Part shown: piece by piece, positions 9,645 through 19,604 of the stretch
How positions within the stretch are numbered: the stretch's first letter is position 1
Layout: every line of letters begins with the position of its first letter
Virus record (IMG/VR): IMGVR_UViG_3300020187_003193
Origin: a virus
Length of the DNA stretch: 64,000 nucleotides
Direction: 5' to 3' (one strand)
Notes under the pieces: model-generated
The model's input: the letters and a program-made list of their open reading frames with translations, nothing else
Databases searched by the model: none
Told to the model about the DNA's origin: nothing
Translations under genes and position numbers: made by a program

Positions 9645-10462
9645 TTCATTTAGTACTAGGCTCAGCAGGACAAATTGGTTCCCATTTAGTAAATTACCTT
9701 AAGAAACAAGGTGAAAAAGTATACGAAATAGATATTCTCAATAACGAATGGGAGGATTTACGTATACAAAATAATATGGTATTAGATGAATATCTTTTAG
9801 AAGCTGATATAGTATATTTTTTAGCATTTGATGTTGGTGGAGCTAAGTATTTAGAACAATATCAAGACACAAGTGAATTTATAATGAATAATATGAGAAT
9901 AATGTCAAACACATTTGACGCTATTCAACAATCGGGCACACCTTTTATATTTGCTTCATCTCAAATGGCTGAAATGTCCTATTCAAGTTATGGAATGTTA
10001 AAGGCATTAGGAGAAAAAGTAACTAAAGATTTAGATGGCTTATTAGTTAAGTTTTGGAATGTATATGGTAAGGAGCATGATGAAGAAAAATCTCACGTTA
10101 TAACCGATTTTATTAAAATGGCCAAAGAAGATGGTGTTATTAAAATGAGAACTGATGGTACAGAATCTCGACAATTTTTATACGCAGATGATGCTTGTGA
10201 AGCCTTATATACTCTAGCTAAACAATATGATACTTTACCCAAGAATGAAGAATATCATATTTCTAATTTTGAATGGAATACAATTAGAGAGGTAGCAGAT
10301 TTTTTAGATGTAGTAGCAAGTTGTAAAGTAATACCTTCAGATAGAAAAGATGAAACACAAAAGAATGCTATGAACGAACCCGACCCCTTTATCTTGAAAT
10401 ATTGGAAACCAACAACCTCATTAAAAGATGGTATAATGAAACTTTATAATTTAGAAGACTAA
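9641..10462 (+). CDS. NAD-dependent sugar epimerase/dehydratase
   Basis: 'LVLGSAGQIGS', 'YGMLK', 'WNVYG', 'RQFLYADD'. Confidence 0.85.
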   Translation: MIHLVLGSAGQIGSHLVNYLKKQGEKVYEIDILNNEWEDLRIQNNMVLDEYLLEADIVYFLAFDVGGAKYLEQYQDTSEFIMNNMRIMSNTFDAIQQSGTPFIFASSQMAEMSYSSYGMLKALGEKVTKDLDGLLVKFWNVYGKEHDEEKSHVITDFIKMAKEDGVIKMRTDGTESRQFLYADDACEALYTLAKQYDTLPKNEEYHISNFEWNTIREVADFLDVVASCKVIPSDRKDETQKNAMNEPDPFILKYWKPTTSLKDGIMKLYNLED

Positions 10463-11145
10463 TGCAAGGAATCGTAATACAAGGACCTACAAACTATTAT
10501 AAAGAAGTAGCAGACCATTATTCACAATATCCAAATGTAGTTTGGTCTACATGGAGTGATGAAAGTATAGTTCGTTTAGAATACATTCGTTCTAAAGGAA
10601 TCGAAGTTGTCTTAGTAGATAAACCTCAATTCCCAGGTTATATGAATGTTAATATGCAAGTTAAATCTACATATGAAGGCATAAAATATTTAGAGGGTAA
10701 AGTAGATGAAGTATTAAAGGTTAGAAGTGACACTATTATATCTAATTTACCCTCCTTAATGGATGGTTTAAAAGATCAACAATTATCATTTATGGCTACT
10801 TGTAAAACAGGTGTTAGAACAGACTTAGCTTACGATTTAGAATACTATCATACATCACACGATTATCCTTCAGACAATGTAATTTATGGTAAGGTAGAAG
10901 ATATGTTAATAATGTTTGACTTTCAAATAGACGAGTTATTACCTATTCCCCCTGAATCCCTTATTACTTGGAATTATATGACAAATATGAATATGGAATT
11001 TAAATTAAATTACCAACATTTAGTTGATAATGGTATAAGTTTCTTTACTGATATTTGTTTAGACAAAGAAGTAGGTGTACATTGGTTAAAACAAGATGTT
11101 AATTTAGTTGATTGGTATAAAGATAGAAAAGTATATGAGTGGTAA
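10462..11145 (+). CDS. WavE-like polysaccharide synthesis protein
   Basis: 'IVIQGP', 'STW', 'NVNMQ..ST..G', 'LKVRSD'. Confidence 0.55.
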   Translation: MQGIVIQGPTNYYKEVADHYSQYPNVVWSTWSDESIVRLEYIRSKGIEVVLVDKPQFPGYMNVNMQVKSTYEGIKYLEGKVDEVLKVRSDTIISNLPSLMDGLKDQQLSFMATCKTGVRTDLAYDLEYYHTSHDYPSDNVIYGKVEDMLIMFDFQIDELLPIPPESLITWNYMTNMNMEFKLNYQHLVDNGISFFTDICLDKEVGVHWLKQDVNLVDWYKDRKVYEW

Positions 11146-12511
11146 AAAATTAATAATATTTGATTTAGATGGTGTTTTAGTAAGCACAAAAGACTTACAT
11201 TACGAAGCACTTAACTCTGCTTTAAACGAAGTAGATTCTAAATACATAATTAATAGACAAGACCATTTAAAAACATTTGATGGTTTAAAATCAAGTGAAA
11301 AACTTGATATGTTAACTAAGGATAGGGGTTTACCTCAAGAATTACATTCCCAAATCTGGAATCGTAAACAAGAACTTACTATACAACAACTACAATATAT
11401 CAAACCTGACCAGTTCATTAAAATGACCTTTAAAGAACTAAGACGAAGAGGATATAAATTAGCTTGTTGTTCAAATGCTATTAGACGTTCAGTGCTGACA
11501 ATATTAGCTAAACTTGATTTAATTGAAGAATTAGATTTAATTATATCAAACGAAGATGTAAAACAAGGTAAACCACATCCTGAAATGTATTGGAAAGCAA
11601 TGTCCATAATGGGGGTGTTACCTGAAGAAACATTGATAATAGAAGATTCACCAGCTGGGTTATTAGCAGCATCACGTTCAAGAGCGGATGTATTACGAGT
11701 TGATACTCCAAAGGATGTAAACATAAAAAACATAGCAGAAAAATTAAATATAAAGAAAATGGGAAAAGTTCCAAAATGGCAAGGTGGTAAATTAAATGTT
11801 TTAATACCAATGGCAGGTGCGGGTTCAAGGTTCCAAGCAGCGGGTTATACATTTCCAAAACCATTAATTGAGGTTAAAGGTAAACCAATGATACAAGTTG
11901 TAGTTGAAAACCTAAATATTGATGCCAACTTTATCTATGTTGTTCAAAAAGAACATAGAGAAAAATATAATTTAGATACATTACTTAACCTAATCACCCC
12001 CGGCTGTAAAATAGTAGAAACAGACGGTATGACTGAGGGTGCTGCTTGTACAGCATTATTGGCCAAAGAACATATCGATGCAGATGCCCCTTTATTCTTT
12101 GCTAATTCAGACCAATTTGTAGAATGGGATTCAAACGAATTCTTATATAAAATGAATGAAACAGATGCCGATGGAGGTATAGTATCATTTAAAGCAACTC
12201 ATCCAAAATGGAGTTTTGCTAAAGTAGATGAAAACGGATTAGTAACCGAAGTAGCAGAAAAGAATCCAATATCCGATATAGCAACAGTAGGATATTACTA
12301 TTGGAAACACGGTTCAGACTTTGTAAAATATGCTGAACAAATGATAGAAAAAAATATACGTGTTAATAATGAATTTTATGTTTGTCCTGTATTTAATGAA
12401 GCAATAGCCGATTGTAAAAAAATTAAAACATTTGACATTCCTAAAATGTGGGGGATAGGTACACCTGAAGATTTAGATTATTTTTTAAAAAACTATAATG
12501 GAGAAATATAA
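11135..12511 (+). CDS. HAD phosphatase fused to sugar-nucleotidyltransferase-like domain
   Basis: 'IFDLDGVL', 'GKPHPE', 'IIEDS'; then 'LIPMAGAGSRF..GY..PKPLI', 'GAACT', 'GTPEDL'; start moved to ATG 11135. Confidence 0.85.
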   Translation: MSGKKLIIFDLDGVLVSTKDLHYEALNSALNEVDSKYIINRQDHLKTFDGLKSSEKLDMLTKDRGLPQELHSQIWNRKQELTIQQLQYIKPDQFIKMTFKELRRRGYKLACCSNAIRRSVLTILAKLDLIEELDLIISNEDVKQGKPHPEMYWKAMSIMGVLPEETLIIEDSPAGLLAASRSRADVLRVDTPKDVNIKNIAEKLNIKKMGKVPKWQGGKLNVLIPMAGAGSRFQAAGYTFPKPLIEVKGKPMIQVVVENLNIDANFIYVVQKEHREKYNLDTLLNLITPGCKIVETDGMTEGAACTALLAKEHIDADAPLFFANSDQFVEWDSNEFLYKMNETDADGGIVSFKATHPKWSFAKVDENGLVTEVAEKNPISDIATVGYYYWKHGSDFVKYAEQMIEKNIRVNNEFYVCPVFNEAIADCKKIKTFDIPKMWGIGTPEDLDYFLKNYNGEI

Positions 12512-13058
12512 ATTATACCAATCTAACCTAATAAGGGATAATCACTCCCTATTCGAATTCCAGTGTAAGAAAGCTCACGAATTTATTCTTCAAGACTATA
12601 ATACTAATAATAGTACTTGGGCATATGAAAAATATAATATATTTAATTTAACATCAGGTAGCCTTTTATTTTACAAGTTATATAAGGAATTAAATTATCA
12701 TATAAGAAGTTTTATAGGAGATGATAGACCCTTATGGATTGGTAGCTGGTTAAATTATGACGCTGGTGAAAAAGTTGAACAAAATTTGAAATCCCATTAT
12801 CATGAAGGTTTATACCACGGTTATATATCTATTACCCCTCAAAACACTAAAACCATCTTTCATAATGGGGTTGAAATAGATAATAAAATAGGTCAAATTT
12901 ATGTAGGACCTGGAAATAATCACGATTATAATAATAAAGACTGGGACCATTATGTTAAAATAACCAAACCATATAATGGCATAAGAATTACTTTAGGCTT
13001 CGACTTATTTACCTCTCAAAATAGAAAACTAGGTAAAACTTTTATACCTTTATTATGA
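12498..13058 (+). CDS. Putative 2OG-Fe(II) oxygenase-like protein
   Basis: 'SWLN', 'HYH', 'HGYISI', late His and 'RITLGFD'. Confidence 0.5.
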   Translation: MEKYKLYQSNLIRDNHSLFEFQCKKAHEFILQDYNTNNSTWAYEKYNIFNLTSGSLLFYKLYKELNYHIRSFIGDDRPLWIGSWLNYDAGEKVEQNLKSHYHEGLYHGYISITPQNTKTIFHNGVEIDNKIGQIYVGPGNNHDYNNKDWDHYVKITKPYNGIRITLGFDLFTSQNRKLGKTFIPLL

Positions 13059-13495
13059 TTTTAATATCACATCGTGGTAATATAAATGGTAAACAACCTG
13101 ATAAGGAAAACCACCCTAACTATATCTTTGAAGCTATAAAGCAAGGGTTTCAAGTTGAAATCGATGTTTGGTTTATAGTTGGTAAATTTAAATTGGGGCA
13201 TGATGAACCAACATACGATTTCCCTCTTGACTTACTAAAACACCACTCAAATAAATTATGGATTCATACTAAAAATTTGGATGCTATAGGCCAACTTAAT
13301 ATATTAGACAAAACAGGTGTTTATTTAAACTATTTTTGGCATCAAGAAGATGATGTAACATTAACTTCAAAAGGATATATTTGGGCTTACCCAAATATTA
13401 AATGTGAAAATAGTATAGCAGTAATGCCACCTGAAAATTATAACCTAGAAGGACATATAGGAATATGTTCCGATAACATAATACAATATAAATGA
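13055..13495 (+). CDS. Glycerophosphodiester phosphodiesterase/PLC-like small protein
   Basis: 'LISHRGN', 'EN', 'EIDVW', 'LGHD', 'WIHTKN', 'GICSD'. Confidence 0.7.
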   Translation: MILISHRGNINGKQPDKENHPNYIFEAIKQGFQVEIDVWFIVGKFKLGHDEPTYDFPLDLLKHHSNKLWIHTKNLDAIGQLNILDKTGVYLNYFWHQEDDVTLTSKGYIWAYPNIKCENSIAVMPPENYNLEGHIGICSDNIIQYK

Positions 13496-14367
13496 AATTA
13501 AGCGCTATTGTTGTTGCAAGAAATGATAATTATGGAGGCGATCTAAATGATAGAGCCACTTATTGTTTAAACTCTCTAATCGATACATTCGATGAAGTAA
13601 TATTAGTAGATTGGAATTCCCCTAACAACCATCCATTACTTTGGGATATTGAAAAAAATATACAAGGTAAAGGTAACCTAAAACATATAGTGGTTACACC
13701 TGAAATAGCATCTATGCTTACTAATAACGACCCACATGCTCAGGTATGTAATGAGGTATTAGGTCGTAATATTGGTATTAGACGTGCCACAGGTGATTAT
13801 ATTGTATCAACAAACATTGATGTAATTGCCCCACGTAGAGATGAGCTGGAAGCAACGATTAAAAACGACTTAAACGATAACACATTCTATACTATATCAC
13901 GTAGACATACTGAATGGAAGGACATTGAAGCGTTTCATGGTGGTGAAAGGAAATATGGTGAATGGCGTGAATTAAGAGACCATTTAATCGAAAATAGTGA
14001 AGAACGTACTACAGGTGAAGCCGTAGTTGAAGGTGATAACTATAGTATTATAAATTGCTGTGGTGACTTCCAATTAGCACATAAAAATATTTGGAACGAA
14101 ATACGTGGATTCGAGGAAGAGCTTATTTATGTTCTATATAGCGATACAAACGTTCAAAAGAAGGCACTTAAACATGGTTTTGAACTTAAAGCAATCTACT
14201 CACCAGCATTATTTCATATCTACCATGGTAAAGGTGGAGGTGGTTTTTTAGATGGTATTAATAGAAAAGTAAATGATATGTATAGAGCTGTTACTGCTCA
14301 AGAAAAAACCGAAAATGCTGATACATGGGGATTCGAACCTATTGAATTCGAATACGAAACTCTGTAA
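13492..14367 (+). CDS. Glycosyltransferase family 2-like
   Basis: 'RNDNYGG', 'ILVDWNS', 'RNIGIRRATGDYIVSTNID', 'GDFQL', 'GFEE'. Confidence 0.8.
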   Translation: MKLSAIVVARNDNYGGDLNDRATYCLNSLIDTFDEVILVDWNSPNNHPLLWDIEKNIQGKGNLKHIVVTPEIASMLTNNDPHAQVCNEVLGRNIGIRRATGDYIVSTNIDVIAPRRDELEATIKNDLNDNTFYTISRRHTEWKDIEAFHGGERKYGEWRELRDHLIENSEERTTGEAVVEGDNYSIINCCGDFQLAHKNIWNEIRGFEEELIYVLYSDTNVQKKALKHGFELKAIYSPALFHIYHGKGGGGFLDGINRKVNDMYRAVTAQEKTENADTWGFEPIEFEYETL

Positions 14368-14374
14368 TATTTAT
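14367..14374 (+). promoter_or_regulatory. Putative late promoter motif ATATTTAT
   Basis: Recurrent intergenic 8-mer, no upstream TTGG/TAGG at 19 nt. Confidence 0.5.
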
Positions 14375-14391
14375 ACCAAAACACAATTACG

Positions 14392-14790
14392 ATGTCAAAT
14401 TTAAAAGAATATTTCTTAGACGAAAATTATACTAATCCTACTTTAAACGAAGATGGAGAAAACCAAGAAGATGGTTCTTTGTCTTATAAAATAAAGTTAG
14501 GTGATAAACGATACAAATTAAGTTTCGATGTCAACAAAAACCCAACAAAGAAAGGTATTAAGGTAAAATTCTTCCCATTAGATGATGCTGGAAACGAAGT
14601 ACCTAACCCCTCACCTGAACAAATTGGTATGTTACAAAATGATGTTGCTACTCAGTTGGCACCTAAATTTAATGATTTTAAACTTGAATTTGATGAAGAC
14701 GAAGATGCACCTGAAAAGAATGTAGCAGCCTTCCAAGTTCCATTATCATCATTCGTATCATTTGTAGCAAACGTCGTATTTAAAAGTTAA
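14392..14790 (+). CDS. Hypothetical acidic protein
   Basis: ORF after late-type motif. Confidence 0.7.
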   Translation: MSNLKEYFLDENYTNPTLNEDGENQEDGSLSYKIKLGDKRYKLSFDVNKNPTKKGIKVKFFPLDDAGNEVPNPSPEQIGMLQNDVATQLAPKFNDFKLEFDEDEDAPEKNVAAFQVPLSSFVSFVANVVFKS

Positions 14791-14791
14791 C

Positions 14792-15133
14792 ATGAGCAAA
14801 CCCAGAAAATTAATAAACGTTAAAGTATTAGGTGCTTCACAAACCCACCTACGAGAGTTTGTTAATGAAAACAAAGGTTCACTATTTGCTGAAACCTTTG
14901 CTGGTATAAAACAAGCCATTCGTAAAAATCAAAAAGTAGCTACTATATGTAGTGTTAATACTAATAGTGCTACTGCAGTTATAGAAAAACAAGGTTGGGA
15001 AAACGCCTTAAGTTCATCTTTAGGATACTATGAATCGATAGATGAGTTTGAAATGTGTAAAGAAATTAACACAACACTAAAATTGTTACGAAATGAGGAC
15101 AGATCCCTTACACTTACTAAAACAATCTCTTGA
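14792..15133 (+). CDS. Hypothetical protein with C-terminal UVR-like helix
   Basis: 'YYESIDEFEMCKEI'. Confidence 0.55.
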   Translation: MSKPRKLINVKVLGASQTHLREFVNENKGSLFAETFAGIKQAIRKNQKVATICSVNTNSATAVIEKQGWENALSSSLGYYESIDEFEMCKEINTTLKLLRNEDRSLTLTKTIS

Positions 15134-15515
15134 TCAACTATTACAAGCTGATACGTCTATAAAGAGAAAGAATAAAAAAGCATTCGATCAAAAACGAGAT
15201 TTATTTATACATCTAATAAATCAATTTGAATATGCTATTTCCAAATCATATTTGCTAGAAAAAGACTTCGCTATAGATTTATCTAAGTATGAAGAAAACT
15301 TCTATCAAGTTATAGATTCACTTGTATTACTTTCATTTGGTAAAGAAATATACGAATTATTGTCATTTTATTTCTATGAACGTTGGAACCCAGATGGAAC
15401 ACAAAATGGAATTATTATAGAAGAAACTGATGAGGAAATAATGATAGAAAATGCTGAAGAACTCTGGGCAATCATTGTTAGAATAAAACCTAATATATTC
15501 GATGGGAAAGGGTAG
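15093..15515 (+). CDS. Hypothetical protein
   Basis: ORF overlapping both neighbours. Confidence 0.65.
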   Translation: MRTDPLHLLKQSLDQLLQADTSIKRKNKKAFDQKRDLFIHLINQFEYAISKSYLLEKDFAIDLSKYEENFYQVIDSLVLLSFGKEIYELLSFYFYERWNPDGTQNGIIIEETDEEIMIENAEELWAIIVRIKPNIFDGKG

Positions 15516-16134
15516 AAAACCGAGGCCGATATCTAAAGAGGAAATATTGCGTGCGATGAAGATGACTAAATCGAACGCCGCTGCAAGCAGATACTTAAGA
15601 TGTAGTCCTCAACATTATAGAAAATTCGCTAAGGTATTTGTAGACGAAGAATCAGGTAAAACATTATTTGAACTACATAAAAACCAACAAGGTAAAGGTA
15701 TACGAAAACACTTTGGCGGTAAAGAACCTAGACTAGACGAATTAATGTCAGGTGAAACATACGTTGACTCATATGATATAAACAAATACAAATCTCGATT
15801 AGTACAAGAAGGTATTATTAAGGAGGAATGTTGTAGATGTGGTCATAGTGAACAACGTGTAAGTGACTTAAAAGCTCCACTACTAATTGCTTTTAAAGAT
15901 TATAATAAAAAGAATTGGAAATTAGATAACTTAGAACTACTATGTTATAATTGTTATTTCCTTTATGTTGGAGATGTATTCGATAAAAAACAAATTGAAG
16001 GTATCCAAGAACATAAAAACGTACTTAAAGTCGACCAAGTTGATTGGGAAATGGACGAGAATATGCTTGAACATTTTAAAGAACTTGGTTTAGTAGACGA
16101 CACCCCAGAAGAAGATTATATTTCCCGATTGTAA
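15502..16134 (+). CDS. HTH plus degenerate HNH/zinc-finger protein
   Basis: N-terminal HTH-like 'SNAAASRYLRCS'; 'CCRCG...DYNKKNWKLDNLELLCYNCY'. Confidence 0.6.
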   Translation: MGKGRKPRPISKEEILRAMKMTKSNAAASRYLRCSPQHYRKFAKVFVDEESGKTLFELHKNQQGKGIRKHFGGKEPRLDELMSGETYVDSYDINKYKSRLVQEGIIKEECCRCGHSEQRVSDLKAPLLIAFKDYNKKNWKLDNLELLCYNCYFLYVGDVFDKKQIEGIQEHKNVLKVDQVDWEMDENMLEHFKELGLVDDTPEEDYISRL

Positions 16135-16146
16135 TTAGACTTGTTC

Positions 16147-16154
16147 ATATTTAT
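16147..16154 (+). promoter_or_regulatory. Putative late promoter motif ATATTTAT
   Basis: Heads the envelope/lysis cluster. Confidence 0.5.
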
Positions 16155-16173
16155 CCGTGAAACGGAAAATAAT

Positions 16174-16650
16174 ATGAAACAATTCTTAATTATATTGGGA
16201 ATGTTTCTACTCCCATTTGTTACAACAGCACAACAAGTTATTCAAATAGGTGAAGTAGAAAACAATATTAAGCTAGGACCCTTTGCAAACAATAGGGACT
16301 TAGCTTTTGGTGTTCAAAATATACTTGAAGAATTAATTCAAGATAAAGGACACGACTTATCCCCCAAATCAGAAACAGTTCTACACGTAGAACTTCTATA
16401 CTTCGACGTTAAAAAAACTAACGTCCAACTTGCTGTATATTCTAAAAATACAGAAGCTACAGAAATCATTGCAAGAGCTTACTTAACTATTAAAGGTAAA
16501 AAGAAGAAACCTGTAGTAGCTAAAGGACAAGCAAAGTCTATCTCAACAGCCACCTTAATAATAGACCAGGGTGGTCAGTTTTCCCAAACAAATGTTTCAA
16601 CCGCTTTAAAGAAGGTTTGTATTGAATTAATTGATAAACTTAAACTATAA
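16174..16650 (+). CDS. Exported protein, CsgG/TolB-N-like fold
   Basis: Signal peptide 'MKQFLIILGMFLLPFVTTA'; 'LAFGVQNILEEL', 'ALKKVC..LI' pattern; start moved to ATG 16174. Confidence 0.5.
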   Translation: MKQFLIILGMFLLPFVTTAQQVIQIGEVENNIKLGPFANNRDLAFGVQNILEELIQDKGHDLSPKSETVLHVELLYFDVKKTNVQLAVYSKNTEATEIIARAYLTIKGKKKKPVVAKGQAKSISTATLIIDQGGQFSQTNVSTALKKVCIELIDKLKL

Positions 16651-18384
16651 ATGAAAAAATTATTATTATTCTTATTGCTAATTTTACCTTTGACTTTGTT
16701 TAGTCAAAATGTACAATTTGGATTAAAATTCTTTGACACTGAAACTAATGCCATAGTTGATGTAAATAATCCTATAGAAGAAGCAAAAACTCTACGAATG
16801 GAATTACATATGACAGCAGTAGGTACTGCAGACTATGATTCGTTAGTAAATTTCAAATACCTATTTTTAGACGTACAATATAACAGTCAAATACTAACCG
16901 CAGATCCAGTACCAAGTGCATTCCCAGGTGTAGTAGCATTACAGGATGCTGGACCTATTACACAAAGTTATGATTTTCCTAATACCTCTTTTAGTCTACT
17001 ACAAGGTGATTTAAGAGATAGCTACAATAAATGGAACACCGGCACAGCTACATACTCAGAATATAATGCGAAATGGAGTGTAGCTAGAATAGCAATACAA
17101 CTTTCAGATAAAAATTTACAAGACCTATTAGATAGTGCATCGTATTCTACAGTTACACCTATCTTTACAATGTTCTTTACAGTAAAACCCGATACAGCTA
17201 CTGCTGCTGAAAAGGAATTTAGACTTACTCTTGCAAACGTAGAAGATACTAACGGAGACCAAATTACATCTCCAATTTATGCTTCTAAACCAAACGGACA
17301 ATTCCTGTTCGGTATAGAACAAGCTGTTACTTATAACGCTACCTTACATTTTAATTTACCTGAAGCATTAGTTCCTACTAACTTTAGGGTAACAATAGGA
17401 ACAACAAACAGTACTTTAGGTCCTTTTACATTAGATTCAAACGCAGATGTAATACTAACTGATGTAACATTAGATCAAGAGTATTATGCATGGAATTTAG
17501 AACCAATAGATGCATCATATATTCCAAACGTACATACAGTAACCGATGCTTATAGGTCATTCCAGTACCTAACAGATGTAGGAATAAATGGTACTGATAC
17601 AACTTATGATAACTTCGGTTTATTCTCAGCTGACGCTAATCTCAACCAAGCATTCAACTCAGCAGATACATACGGCCTTCTAGCTTATGTTTTAGGATTA
17701 GATGTAGCAGGAGAGTTTTGCCTTCCACAACAAAATGATGATGGTACTTGGTTTCATGGATGTACTGCAACCGTACTATATGAAAACTACACAATAGAAA
17801 AGTTAGGAGCAGAATTAGATATAAGAAAAACAGAAAGTGAACAGACAGAAGCACCTCAATATTGGAATGGAAACTTTACTCCAACAGAAAACTTATTAAC
17901 TTTTGATTTTGCTTTCTGGCATCATGTTGATTTAGATCAATCACATAGTACTTCATTCCCAGCTAATCTAGCAGCAAAAGCAGCTAAATCAGGATTAAAC
18001 CTAAGTAGGAAAGCAGTAGGAACAACTACATTAGACTTAGTTAGTATAATAGAAGATGGGTTAGTAAAAGTTGAGTTAACTCATGACGGGTTAGATATCG
18101 TAGGGTTACAAGCAAGAATAAAATACGATACTTCTAAATTAGTACTTAAAAATGTAATTTACGATACAGGTAATACAGTGACTAATTTCTCTAAACCATT
18201 CGAGGGTGAATTATTATTTGGAGGATTATCCACAGATGGTAAATCTACTATTAAAAAAGGAAAAGCATTTACACTTGAATTTACCCCAATAGGAACAGTA
18301 AACAATGTAACAGGGTTATTTTACTTTGAAAATACCGATGCTGTAAAGGCAAACGGTGATAAAATAAACTTAAACATACAATAA
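16651..18384 (+). CDS. Exported protein with cohesin-like and dockerin-like segments
   Basis: Signal peptide; 'ADANLNQAFNSADTYGLLAYVLG' dockerin-like; 'VGLQARIKYDTSKLVL' cohesin-like. Confidence 0.6.
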   Translation: MKKLLLFLLLILPLTLFSQNVQFGLKFFDTETNAIVDVNNPIEEAKTLRMELHMTAVGTADYDSLVNFKYLFLDVQYNSQILTADPVPSAFPGVVALQDAGPITQSYDFPNTSFSLLQGDLRDSYNKWNTGTATYSEYNAKWSVARIAIQLSDKNLQDLLDSASYSTVTPIFTMFFTVKPDTATAAEKEFRLTLANVEDTNGDQITSPIYASKPNGQFLFGIEQAVTYNATLHFNLPEALVPTNFRVTIGTTNSTLGPFTLDSNADVILTDVTLDQEYYAWNLEPIDASYIPNVHTVTDAYRSFQYLTDVGINGTDTTYDNFGLFSADANLNQAFNSADTYGLLAYVLGLDVAGEFCLPQQNDDGTWFHGCTATVLYENYTIEKLGAELDIRKTESEQTEAPQYWNGNFTPTENLLTFDFAFWHHVDLDQSHSTSFPANLAAKAAKSGLNLSRKAVGTTTLDLVSIIEDGLVKVELTHDGLDIVGLQARIKYDTSKLVLKNVIYDTGNTVTNFSKPFEGELLFGGLSTDGKSTIKKGKAFTLEFTPIGTVNNVTGLFYFENTDAVKANGDKINLNIQ

Positions 18385-18386
18385 CC

Positions 18387-18779
18387 ATGAAGATTACAAA
18401 ATTTAGAATATTCAATTTATTTATGCTTCTATTAGTACTAATGAATCAATGTACTGCAGATAGTATAGAAGTAGTAGAATATGAATATCAAGGATTATTT
18501 CCTGAAAAACTAAAAATAACTGAATTAGTAGGTATAAAATTAGAAAGCAATTTCGCTACTACAGAAGTTAATATGAACGTAAAATTAAATACTACTGGTA
18601 AATACTATATTAAAGTAATCACTAATTTAGGTAAAGTAGTATCTAAAGAACAAGTTAAAGGTGAATTAGGAGATAACCTATTTACAGTCTATACAGCAAC
18701 TCTACCTAAAAGTTCCTACAGGATAGAATTGTATTTAGAAGATGAAAAAGTAGGAGCTACATCAATAAATTTATTATGA
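18387..18779 (+). CDS. Putative lipoprotein with T9SS C-terminal-domain-like Ig fold
   Basis: Hydrophobic leader ending 'NQC'; 'YIKVITNLGKVV...LPKSSYRIEL'. Confidence 0.5.
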   Translation: MKITKFRIFNLFMLLLVLMNQCTADSIEVVEYEYQGLFPEKLKITELVGIKLESNFATTEVNMNVKLNTTGKYYIKVITNLGKVVSKEQVKGELGDNLFTVYTATLPKSSYRIELYLEDEKVGATSINLL

Positions 18780-19300
18780 GAAAATTAATTTTAGGATTAG
18801 CGTTATTAGTTACAGCAGCCTGCACTAACCCATCAATGGAACGTGGCTTTGAAAGCCTTAACGCAGCTGTATCAGACCTACAGACACAATTTGACGAACT
18901 TAACATACCACAAATAATAGCCGATTTAGATACATTAAATCTTCAGGTTGGTGAAATGATAGTAGATGTAGAAGAGTATTCTAAACAAGTAGAAGAATTT
19001 AATGCTCAAGTATTAGAGTTACAAGCTAGATTAGAAGCAATGTTAATACAGGTACAGGGTATAACTGAAACTGTAAACGGGATGACGGTAACTGCAGGAG
19101 GATTAGCAACATCTCAACAAATGCAAGATTTATTATCTCAAGTAGAAGAATTTGGAGCAGGAGTTGATATTTTAGTAGCAAGAGCAGATTATGATTATGA
19201 TGGTGTAGTTAACGCATTGGATAAATGCCCAGATACGCCTATTACCGAGGTAAGCAATGTAGATACAGATGGATGTTCTCCATCACAATTAGAGGATTAA
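18776..19300 (+). CDS. Lipoprotein, coiled coil plus TSP3-like Ca-binding repeat
   Basis: Lipobox 'LVTAAC'; heptads; 'DYDYDGVVNALDKCPDT...VDTDGC'. Confidence 0.7.
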   Translation: MRKLILGLALLVTAACTNPSMERGFESLNAAVSDLQTQFDELNIPQIIADLDTLNLQVGEMIVDVEEYSKQVEEFNAQVLELQARLEAMLIQVQGITETVNGMTVTAGGLATSQQMQDLLSQVEEFGAGVDILVARADYDYDGVVNALDKCPDTPITEVSNVDTDGCSPSQLED

Positions 19301-19301
19301 G

Positions 19302-19589
19302 ATGAAAGAATTTTTAGAAGATTTTAAAAAACAAATTATAGCAGGAGTTGGAGTAGCAATAGCTACTATTTCGACTTTGTTTATAGATGTAGTAAAAGAG
19401 AAATTAGGGTTAGTAGATGAAGAGCCTGTTCAAATAGAACAAGTCACTGAACAATCATCTACACCTAATATAACAATAAACATCCCAGAACAGAAAAAGG
19501 ATACGGTTGTGAAGAAAGTATATGTTAAACCACCACCACCAAAAAAGACTGAAACCGAAAAAAGAAAAGATGACGGTTTTGATTGGTAA
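19302..19589 (+). CDS. Membrane-anchored protein
   Basis: One N-terminal TM segment, Pro/Lys-rich tail. Confidence 0.65.
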   Translation: MKEFLEDFKKQIIAGVGVAIATISTLFIDVVKEKLGLVDEEPVQIEQVTEQSSTPNITINIPEQKKDTVVKKVYVKPPPPKKTETEKRKDDGFDW

Positions 19590-19604
19590 TTAAAAAACAC
19601 AATT

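Noticed and set aside
1-14367. Bacterial O-antigen locus or giant eukaryotic virus origin
   Set aside because: No flippase, polymerase or housekeeping genes; contiguous with T4-like gp25/gp6 baseplate, holin/amidase and bacterial-type promoters
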